DNA of 64,000 bases from Pirellulales bacterium (GTDB lineage Bacteria; Planctomycetota; Planctomycetia; Pirellulales; Thermoguttaceae). The translations under genes were made by a program, and so were the position numbers. The DNA lies in NCBI GenBank assembly GCA_016928165.1, contig JAFGLH010000185.1:5759-69758 (forward strand). Direction: 5' to 3'. The notes beneath the pieces are model-generated. The model had not been told where the DNA came from and ran no database searches. It was given only the letters and a program-made list of their open reading frames with translations. Positions within the stretch are counted from its first letter, which is position 1; each line of letters starts with the position of its first letter. Of this stretch, positions 48,075 to 57,800 are shown one piece after another.

Positions 48075-49520
48075 TTACGCCGGGCGAGCGAGGCGTTCGT
48101 CGGCCCCCTGGCGGATCATCAGTCGCTCTTGCTCCGGGTCTAGCCCGTTGCGCAGGGCCAACGTGGCGGCGGACATGGCGCCGTTGTGGACAAGAATTTC
48201 GTCGGCTCGGGCCTCTTTCAAGCGGTCGCGGACGGCCAACGTGGGCGGGACGCCACGGACAAGGACCGCGTCGATCGCCTCGACCGGCAATCGTCCCACC
48301 TCGACCGCGTTGCGAATGACTCGATCGAACAACTCCACGTCGTCGTCGATCATCTCGTGCTGCAACCGCTCGAACATTTTTACCGCCGGACCCTCGGAAA
48401 CCATCGTAGACGAGTAGTTGGCGTTGCTGGCGTCGGAAGTGAGCATGAACTCCGGCATGACCAGCCGGCTGGCGATTGCCCGCAACTCGGCCTGCAAGAC
48501 GGCGACGTATCGGCCGGCGTCGATGCCGGCGGCGGGGAACTCGTAATCGGTCCCGGCCGCCGCGTCGAGGATCGTGCCGGGGGCGTAGCGGCGAAAGTGG
48601 CTTGTCCGGCCGGTCGCCGCATTGGCGACGCTCAGGTCCGCCTGGCTGGCGACGAACTCGGCCAACCCCGCGGCGGTTGCCGCGCGGTGTTTGCGGATCA
48701 CCGCGATGGCCGACTGAATTTCCGCCACCACGCTCATGTTCCGCAACAGCTTTTCCGCACGGCGGAGATTTTTCCTCACCGGATAGAACAACGGCAGCCC
48801 GCGCTTTACATTGGCGTCGACGTTGGCCTTGCGGTGCTGTATTTCGGCCGCGTCGATCAGCCGCCCGCCGATCCAATAGCCCAGCACGGTTTCCACATCG
48901 TCCGGGTCGGTCTGAACGCCGAAGCTGGCGGCGGGATCGGAGCGGCGGCCGTCGGGCGCGGCGACCTCGGCCGGCTCGACGAACCGCACGCGGGTCGTAC
49001 CGTCGACCGAAGGGAACAGTCGCAAAAAACATTCACCGTCGCGGTCCATGCGGCGGACAATCTCCTGCTGCCGCCGCCGCCAGCGGTTCAGACGGACGAA
49101 CTCGTCGATTAACGCCTGCGCCTCGGCGACGGTTGAATCGTCGGGCTTCGCGCCGCGCCGGGGCGCCGCGCGATAGACGTGCCCGCTGCCGACGATGTAG
49201 CTGATGCGGTTCTCGTGGCCGTTGATGGCGAATTCGTTTTCCACGGCCAGCGCCCGGCATTGGTCGCGGATTTGCGCCAGTTGCAATTCGTCGTTGAATG
49301 GCATGCCGCACGTTCCGCCTCCGGCCGCGCCCCCTAAACGTCGCCAGGGCGTGCCGTCGAAGTCGGACAGCGCCTCGGCCGGATCGACAAAATCGTCCCA
49401 AAGCTGGTCGAAGGACTCAATCAGCCGGCGTTCGAGATATGTCAGGCGGGGACTTGTTTGGCCGTTCGCCGCGACAGAATTTTTACGTACGACTTGTTCG
49501 ATCGATTCGGTCGTTGACAT
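48075..49520 (-). CDS. phage portal protein homologue (orphan)
   Basis: Portal-family patterns: AINGHENRISYIVGSG, RMDRDGECFLRLFP and MPEFMLTSDASNANYSSTMV. No other phage genes lie nearby. Start at ATG 49520 (MSTTESIEQ). Confidence 0.75.
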   Translation of the reverse strand: MSTTESIEQVVRKNSVAANGQTSPRLTYLERRLIESFDQLWDDFVDPAEALSDFDGTPWRRLGGAAGGGTCGMPFNDELQLAQIRDQCRALAVENEFAINGHENRISYIVGSGHVYRAAPRRGAKPDDSTVAEAQALIDEFVRLNRWRRRQQEIVRRMDRDGECFLRLFPSVDGTTRVRFVEPAEVAAPDGRRSDPAASFGVQTDPDDVETVLGYWIGGRLIDAAEIQHRKANVDANVKRGLPLFYPVRKNLRRAEKLLRNMSVVAEIQSAIAVIRKHRAATAAGLAEFVASQADLSVANAATGRTSHFRRYAPGTILDAAAGTDYEFPAAGIDAGRYVAVLQAELRAIASRLVMPEFMLTSDASNANYSSTMVSEGPAVKMFERLQHEMIDDDVELFDRVIRNAVEVGRLPVEAIDAVLVRGVPPTLAVRDRLKEARADEILVHNGAMSAATLALRNGLDPEQERLMIRQGADERLARPA

Positions 49521-49584
49521 GGAGTGTTCCTTTTCCCGAAGAACGTAATTCATTCCGTTCTTGTGAATGGAATATCGCGTGAAG

Positions 49585-49653
49585 GTAACCGTTCACGGGC
49601 CGGAGACTGGCTCATTATTTCGTCCTTTCAAGGGCGAATAATGTGCCTGCCTC
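49585..49653 (-). repeat. 70-nt repeat family copy C (inverted relative to copy B)
   Basis: The reverse complement reads gaggcaggcacattattcgcccttgaaaggacgaaataatgagccagtctccggcccgtgaacggttac. Extra gtgaacggttac fragments follow at 49661-49705. Confidence 0.8.
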
Positions 49654-49989
49654 TTTTATCCTCGAGGGGGACAGTCCCCTGTGAACGGTTACGCGTGAAC
49701 GGATTGAAATCCGTTTAACTTCAAACCGCCCTCGCCCCCCAGCCGTTCTCACGCGAGCTGGAGATGGGAAATGAAAATCGGTTTATCGCCGTTGCGATTC
49801 GGTATACAACATTGCCGGGTGGATTTCCATATTGCTTTTTGTGCCACTTTTGTAGAACGGGATTCATTCCGTTCCGATAATGCACACCGTCCGGGAACGG
49901 ATCGATATTTATTCTGCGGTCGGTTCGCTTGTCGTATTTGCGAGTTTTGCTACACTGATTGACGCAAAAAGTTGTATTTTTCAATCCCG

Positions 49990-51033
49990 ATGCAAACGCT
50001 TCCAATGTGCGGCAAAACCACATCGAACGATTCGCTTCGGCACTACGACGCACTGCTAGTGGCCTCCTTCGGGGGACCGGAGGGGCCGGACGACGTTCTG
50101 CCTTTCCTGGAAGACGTGGTTTTCGGCAAGAACGTGCCTCGGTCGCGACTGCTGGAGGTTGCAAAGCACTATGAAATGTTCGGCGGCGTCAGCCCGATCA
50201 ACGGGCAACTCCGCGCCCTGTTGGCCGCGCTGGCCGACGAGCTGAACACACGCGGCCCACCGCTGCCGGTCTACTGGGGAAATCTCCACTGGCATCCGTT
50301 TTTATCCGATGCGCTGGGCCAGATGGCCGGGGACGGCGTGCGCCGCGCGCTGGCCTTCGTCACTTCCGCATTTGGTTCTTATTCCGGCTGCCGGCAATAT
50401 GTCGAAGCCATCGAGCAGGCGCGGCGGGAAATCGGACCAAAGGCGCCGAAGGTGGACAAATTGCGACTGTTTTACAACCATCCGGGCTTCATCGAGGCAA
50501 CCGCCTCGCGGACGGCCGCCGCGCTGGCCGAGATTCCCCCGCCCGATCGTTCATCGGCGCGTTTGTTGTTCACCGCCCACAGTCTCCCGATTGCGGCGGC
50601 CGAACGTTCGCCCTACGTGCGCCAGCTTCGCGAGTCGTGCCGTTTGGTAGCCGACGCCCTTGGGGTGCGAAAATGGGATTTGGCATACCAGAGCCGCAGC
50701 GGCCCGCCGTCGCAGCCGTGGCTCGAACCGGACGTCCGCGATTATATCCAAACGCTGCACGAAGAGCGCGGCGTGAAACATCTGGTAATCGCGCCGATAG
50801 GGTTTTTAGTGGAAAACATGGAAGTCGTCTACGATCTGGACATCGAGGTCCGGGATCTGTGCAACGCATTGGGCGTCAACATGATCCGGGCGGCGGTGGT
50901 CGGCGGCCATCCGCGACTGGTCGGCATGATCCGCGAGTTGGTCGTCGAGCGGCTCGATCCGGCCGCCGAGCGGCTTGCCCTGGGCACATTAGGCCCCTGG
51001 CCCGACGAGTGTCCGAAAGATTGCTGCCGATGA
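49990..51033 (+). CDS. hemH: ferrochelatase
   Basis: ALLVASFGGPEGPDDVLPFLEDV...GGVSPINGQ...TAHSLP...IAPIGFLVENMEVVYDLD are typical ferrochelatase blocks. Start at ATG 49990; ATG 50005 is also possible. Confidence 0.9.
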   Translation: MQTLPMCGKTTSNDSLRHYDALLVASFGGPEGPDDVLPFLEDVVFGKNVPRSRLLEVAKHYEMFGGVSPINGQLRALLAALADELNTRGPPLPVYWGNLHWHPFLSDALGQMAGDGVRRALAFVTSAFGSYSGCRQYVEAIEQARREIGPKAPKVDKLRLFYNHPGFIEATASRTAAALAEIPPPDRSSARLLFTAHSLPIAAAERSPYVRQLRESCRLVADALGVRKWDLAYQSRSGPPSQPWLEPDVRDYIQTLHEERGVKHLVIAPIGFLVENMEVVYDLDIEVRDLCNALGVNMIRAAVVGGHPRLVGMIRELVVERLDPAAERLALGTLGPWPDECPKDCCR

Positions 51034-51058
51034 GCAATGCCGATCCCCAAAAGAAGAA

Positions 51059-51268
51059 TTACGCGTATTCGTAGACCGGTGTTTCAATGATTCTGGCGGG
51101 CTTCTGTTGGCTTTGGATTAAGGATTGAATGTGCTCCACGGTCTCGGGCATAAAAAACTGCTCGCCGGTCTCCACGCACACGCGGGCGGGAACGTGTTCG
51201 ACGACGATCAACTTCCCATCGCGTTCGAGCGTATAAGTCACGGTTGTGTTGACCATTGTCTCATTCAT
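51059..51268 (-). CDS. YgiT/MqsA-N-like antitoxin (zinc-finger cysteines degenerate)
   Basis: TYTLERDGKLIVVEHVPARVCVETGEQFFMPETVEHIQSLI fits the YgiT-type pattern. Overlaps the upstream DUF4258 gene by 8 nt. Confidence 0.65.
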   Translation of the reverse strand: MNETMVNTTVTYTLERDGKLIVVEHVPARVCVETGEQFFMPETVEHIQSLIQSQQKPARIIETPVYEYA

Positions 51269-51596
51269 ATCCGTTAACTCCAGCTTGCTTTCTGGTTCGA
51301 AATTCGGTCCACAACGTTGGATCCGGTTGATACAAGGTAATGATTTTAATCAATGGACGGCCGGGATAACTGCATTGTACGTGCAATGGCCGGCCCGCAC
51401 TGGTGAATCCCAAGATCAGACAGCTTGGACCGTATTTGTCCTCGGGATAATCCTCGATTATCCCGCTTCGGCCGCCGATGGCTTCTTCCAACTCCGCTAT
51501 GGAAATATCCCGAAGAATACTTTGATCGACGGCATGTTTGGAAAATTCGTACTGCTTGCGCAGTATTTTCACACGAATTCGTTCCACTTTCTCCAT
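51261..51596 (-). CDS. DUF4258-family toxin
   Basis: FSKHAVDQSILRDISIAELEEAI...IIEDYPEDKYGPSCLILGFTSAGRPLHVQ...ITLYQPDPTLW matches the DUF4258 pattern. Low-GC two-gene module. Confidence 0.7.
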   Translation of the reverse strand: MEKVERIRVKILRKQYEFSKHAVDQSILRDISIAELEEAIGGRSGIIEDYPEDKYGPSCLILGFTSAGRPLHVQCSYPGRPLIKIITLYQPDPTLWTEFRTRKQAGVNGYE

Positions 51597-51768
51597 ATCA
51601 AGAATTTTACAGGAACTCTATTGTCCAATCAACCTATCGTAGTATAACACCACCATGATGGTCAGGTGATTTTCACAATGATCCACCCCATCACTGAGGG
51701 GGGTAGTGATTGTTCTGGGTTTTGGAACTATCGAAGCCTCTATGGCGTCTTTGTTTATAGGTCGTTTG

Positions 51769-51790
51769 TCGGCCGTCGGCACGACGGCCA
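51769..51790. repeat. hairpin gccgtcg-gca-cgacggc in the alpha-2-macroglobulin leader region
   Basis: Same unit as at 16067-16087 and 33496-33550. Lies 66 nt upstream of the A2M ATG. Confidence 0.7.
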
Positions 51791-51855
51791 AAACAGCGAA
51801 AAATATGGGCCGTCGTTCCGACGGCCGCCAAACATGGCATAGGGAGCAAAAACCA

Positions 51856-54800
51856 ATGAAATCGCTTGTCTGCTGGTTGTCCACGGCCGTCGTTTTTGGG
51901 GCGTTTTCGGTCGCCGCCGCATCGGCCGCCGATCTAGACTCGCTGAGAAATCAAATGCAAAATAATTTCAAGCAGGGCAACTTCAAGGACGCTTACGAGG
52001 GCTTCCGCAAGTTGGCCCTCGATCCGGACGACGCCGCCCGCCTGGTCGGAAGCGATCTGTACATGGCCGTTCAGTGCCTCCAACGATTGAATCGCCTGAG
52101 CGAAGTTGACGTCCTCTTGGAAGACGCCGTTAGGGTTCACAAGGGCAACTGGCGATTGCTCCAGGCGGCGGCTTCGCAATACATGCAAATCCCACATTTC
52201 GGCTACATCGTCGCCGGCAAGTTCGAGCGCGGCCAGCACCGGGGCGGCGGTCGCGTGGTCAACTCCACCGAACGCGACCGAGTACGCGCCTTGCAGCTAA
52301 TGGTCCAAGCCATGCCCACAGCCATGACTGACGACGATCATGGGGACGTGGCCGGCTACCTCTCCACACTGGGCGAGATGCTGTTGAACAATCGCGGTTA
52401 CGGCGAGGCGTGGCGGCTGCAATATCTGACCGACCTCAACGTCCTGCCCGACTACGAGGAAGGCTGGGGATACGGGCGTCAGACCTCCGGCGCGCCGGTC
52501 GACAACGACGGCAAACCCGTTTTCTATAGTGTCCCGAAGACGTTTGAGTCTTCCGTCAACGACGGCCAGCGGTGGCGGTGGTGTCTGCAACAGACCGCCG
52601 AGATGGATCCACAGCGGATGAATTCCGTACGGATGCAGTTCGCCAATTTTCTTGAAAACCAGTTCGGCGTGCAGACAATGGTTCAGTGGGGATGGCGGTT
52701 CAGGCAAATGGAGACCGACGACACGCGAGAAGACGAAAGCGGCACGTACGCGCTGCACACCCTCGGCGAGAACGAAACCATCGCCCGGCTGGCCACAGGA
52801 ATCAAACGCTTCGAGTTGCCCGACGAGTTCAACTACATCAAAATTTATCGGCAGGTGGCCGACGACGTAGGACAGGTTGGCAACCTGTCCCACAATAACA
52901 TCGAGGCGTTGGAGCACTTGGCGCAGATTTTCGAGAACCGCCGCCAATACCCCAAGGCGGCCGACTACTGGCGGCGATTGCTGAAGGACTATCCCAATTA
53001 CGATCGCCGGCAGCGCGAGACCTGGAAACAACGGCTCGACCAGATCGTCGGCGCCTGGGGCCGCTTCGAGCCGGCCCAAACCGAGCCGGCCGGCCGTGGA
53101 GCAACGGTCGCGTATCGCTTCCGCAACGGGCGGCAGATCGCCCTAACCGCCCATGAAATTAAGGTCGAAAAACTCCTCGACGACGTCAAGACGTACATCA
53201 AATCCAGACCCGGCCGCATCGACCATAGAAAAATCAATATCGGCGATGTGGGCCACCGGCTGGTCGCGGAAAACCAAGAAAAATACCTCGGCGAGAAAGT
53301 CGCTGAGTGGAAAATGATGGTCAATCCGCAGCCCGACCATTTCGACAAGCGGGTGACGATCGCCACCCCGCTGCAAAAGCCGGGGGCTTATCTGATCGAG
53401 GCCCGCATGGCCGACGGCAACACCAGCTTCATCGTCCTCTGGGTCGACGATACGGCGATCGTCAAGAAGCAGCTTGAAAACAAGACTTATTACTTCGTCG
53501 CCGACGCCGTCTCGGGCAAACCGGTTGCGCGGGCCAACGTCGAGTTCTTCGGCTGGCGAATGATCCACCACAATCGGCCGCAGCGGTTCGAGATCCTCAC
53601 CAAGCAGTTCGCCGAATACACCGACGCCGACGGACAGGTGATTCTCGGCAAAGACGATCAGCCGAACGAGTATCAGTGGCTGGCCACGGCCCGCACCAAG
53701 GACGGACGTTTCGCTTATCTCGGCTTCGACCACGTCTGGTTCGGCCGCCGCCACGACGCCGAATACAACGAGGTAAAGGCCTACGCGATCACCGATCGGC
53801 CGGTCTATCGCCCCGATCAGAAGGTGCATTACAAGTTCTGGGTCCGCCACGCCAAGTACGACATGAGCGATACGTCGGAGTTCGCCGGCCGCGAGTTCGT
53901 CGTAGAGATACACAATCCCAAGGGAGATAAGGTCGCCGATCAGACGCTGAAGGCCGACGCCTACGGCGGCATCGAGGGCGAATACCCCCTTCCCACGGAT
54001 GCGACCTTGGGTGTTTATAGTATAGTCGTGAAAGACTCTTCGCGAAATTTAGGAGGCGGCCATTTCCGCGTCGAGGAATACAAAAAGCCGGAATACGAGG
54101 TGACCGTCGAGGCCCCGGAACGCCCGGTCATGCTCGGCGATAAAATCACCGTCACGATCAAAGCGAAATACTACTTCGGCTCGCCGGTCGTCCACGCCAA
54201 GGTGAAATACACCGTCAAACGCGACAGCTACGACGGACGCTGGTATCCCGGCGGCCCCTGGGACTGGCTCTACGGGCCGGGTTACTGGTGGTTCGGCTAC
54301 GACTACGACTGGTTCCCGGGCTGGAAGTCGTGGGGCTGCCAGCGGCCGACGCCGTTCTGGTGGCCGCGCGGCCATCAGCCGCCCGAGTTGGTCGTCGACC
54401 GCGAGGTCGAGATCGGCGAGGACGGCACCGTGAAAGTCGAGATCGACACGTCAGTCGCCCAAGCCATCCACCCCGACCAGGACCACAGCTACACGATCAC
54501 CGCCGAGGTGGTCGACCAGTCGCGGCGGACGATCGTCGGCACGGGCCGCGTGTTGGTCGCCCGCAAGCCGTTTAAGGTTTTCGCTTGGGTCGATCGCGGT
54601 TACTTCCGCGTGGGCGATACGATAGGCGCCCATTTCCGCGCCCGCACGCTCGACGGCAAACCGGTCGAGGGCCGTGGCGAGTTGAAATTGCTTAAAATCA
54701 CCTACCGCGACGGCAAGCCGATCGAGACGCCTGTCCAGACCTGGGAGCTAGACACGAACGCCGAGGGCGCAGCCCATCAGCAGATGACCGCCTCGGAGTC

Positions 54801-57800
54801 GGGGCAGTATAGGATTTCGTACAAGCTGACATCCTCCCCTCTCCCGCAAGCGGGAGAGGGGCCGGGGGTGAGGGCGGATGGCACTTCTAATCAAACCACA
54901 AACAGCCCTCACCTTAACCCTCTCCCAAAGGGAGAGGGAACCATGCACACCGTCGAAGGCGGCTACCTCTTCACCGTCATCGGCGAAGGCTTCGACGGCG
55001 CCCAGTACCGCTTCAACCACCTGGAACTGATCCCCGACAAAAAGGAATACGCCCCCGGAGATACGATCAAGCTCCAGATCAACACCGCTCGCGCCGGCGG
55101 GACGGTGCTGCTGTTCGCCCGGCCCACCAACGGCGTCTATTTGCCGCCACAAATAATCCGGCTGGACGGCAAGAGTACGATCGAGGAGATCGGCGTGGTT
55201 CAAAAGGACATGCCCAACTTCTTCGTCGAGGCGGTCACGGTGGCCGACGGCCGGGTATACACCGAGTCGAAGGAGATCGTCGTCCCGCCCGAGAAGCGGA
55301 TTCTTAACGTCGGAATTGAACCGTCAAAGGAGGCATATAAGCCGGGCGAAAAGGCCAAGGCGAAGATCAAGCTCACCGACATGACCGGCGAGCCGTTCGT
55401 CGGATCGACCGTCGTGGCGATCTACGACAAGTCGGTCGAGTACATCTCGGGCGGGTCGAACGTGCCGGACATCAAGGAGTTTTTCTGGAAGTGGCGCCGC
55501 CACCACCACCCGCAAACCCAATCGAGCCTTGGCCGCTGGTTCGGCAACATGCAACGGCCGAAAACCGTCGGCATGAGCGATCTTGGCGTCTTCGGCGGAA
55601 CCGTGGCCGACGAAGTCACCGGTCAATGGGATTCCGATGCGATGAACTCGCCCATGCCGGGCATGGCGCAAGCAGGATTCGGCGGACGCGGCGAAGGCAA
55701 GCGAATGGCGAAGTCAATGGTTGCCGGCGCGCCGTTGGAAACCGCCGCCGCTCCAATGATGGTCATGGAAGAGGCAGACAAAGGTTTAGCCGCCGACGGA
55801 GCAGCCGAAGCGCCGATGGTCGAGCCGACCGTGCGGACAAAATTCGCCGACACCGCGCTATGGGTCGGCGCTCTGACCACCGCCAAGGACGGCACGGCCG
55901 AGGTCTCGCTCGAAATGCCCGAGAACCTGACCACCTGGAGGATCAAAGTTTGGGGGATGGGTCAAGGCACCCGCGTCGGCCAAGGCTTCACCGACGTCGT
56001 GACCCGCAAAGACTTGATTATCCGCATGGAGGCCCCACGCTTCTTCGTCCAAACCGACGAGGTTGTGCTGTCGGCGATTGTGCATAACTACTTGAAGAGT
56101 GTGAAGGGTGTGAAGGGTGTGAAGAGTATGAAGGTTGAACTTGATTTAGACAGCGATTTGTTTCAACCAATAGATGTCGATTCATCGGCTACAATTACTG
56201 TTAATGCAAATGGAAATTCTCTCCACGAAAAAGTCGTGAAAACCTTGGACGCCCTACACGATTCGTTTCCCGGCAGAACATTCCGACTGCAAGAGTGGAA
56301 TGGAAAGGATATTGGCTATACGATTTCTCAAACAGTCGAGGTCAAGGCCGAAGGCGAGGCCCGCGTGGATTGGCGCGTAAAGGTGCTCGACGAAGGCGAA
56401 GCGGTCATCCGCATGAAGGCCCTGACCAACGAGGAATCGGACGCGATGGAACAGCGCTTCCCCTGCTACATCCACGGGATGCTGAAGATGGAGGCGGTCA
56501 GCGGCTCGATCCCATCCTCCCCTCGCCCGCAAGCGGGAGAGGGGCCGGGAGTGAGAGTGGGTAGCTTCATGATCGACGTTCCCGCCGAGCGCCGCCCGAA
56601 GGACTCGCGGCTCGAAGTCCGCTTCTCGCCGACGCTGGCCGGGGCGATGGTCGACGCCCTCCCCTATCTGGTCGATTATCCCTACGGCTGCACCGAGCAG
56701 ACGCTGAACCGCTTCCTGCCGACGGTCGTCACGCAAAAAATCCTCTTGGATATGAAACTCGACCTGAAAGAGATCGAGCGGAAGCGAACGAATCTCAACG
56801 CCCAGGAAATCGGCGACGATGCGGAGCGGGCGAAGCAGTGGGGACGGGGACTGTCCCGATTTTCGCACAGCGAAAATGGGACTGTCCCCTTTGCCCGAAA
56901 CCCCGTCTTCAATGAGGACGAGGTCCGCAAAATGGTCAAGGAGGGCGTCGAGGCGCTGACCGAGATGCAGTGCTCCGACGGCGGCTGGGGCTGGTTCTCC
57001 GGCTGGGGCGAACACTCCTCGCCGCACACCACCGCGCTGGTCGTCCACGGCCTGCAAATCGCCCGGGCGAACGACGTCGCCCTGGTCCCCGGCATGTTGG
57101 AAGGGGGCGTCCAGTGGCTGCGCCGCTATCAGGACGAGCAGATTGAACTATTGAAAAACGCCTCGATAAAAGACAAACCGAAGGATTTGCGTTGGAAAAA
57201 ATACGCCGACAACATTGACGCCTTCGTCTACATGGTGTTGGTCGACGCCGGGGTGAAGAATCCCGAGATGCTCGATTTCCTCTACCGCGACCGTACCCAC
57301 TTGGCCGTTTACGCCATGGCAATGTACGGACTCGCATTAGAAAAGCAAGGCGCTCGCGTTTTCCCCTCTCCCTCAGGGAGAGGGGCAGGGGGTGAGGGCG
57401 GTTTGAATGAAAAACTGACTATGATTATGCGAAACATCTCGCAATATCTCGAGCAGGACGACGAGAACCAGACGGCCTGGCTCCGTCTACCCGGCGGATA
57501 TTGGTGGTGCTGGTACGGCAGCGAGTACGAGTCCCAGGGCTATTACCTTAAGTTGCTCGCCCGAACCGATCCGAAGGGCGAGGTGGCCCCGCGGCTTGTA
57601 AAATACCTGCTCAACAACCGCAAACACGCCACCTACTGGAACTCTACCCGCGACACGGCCATCTGCGTCGAGGCGATGGCCGATTTCATCCGGGCAAGCG
57701 GCGAGGACCGGCCCGAGATGACCGTCGAGATTTTCTACGACGGCAAGCTGCAAAAGGCCGTCGAGATCACGCCCCAAAACCTCTTCCAGTTCGACAACAA

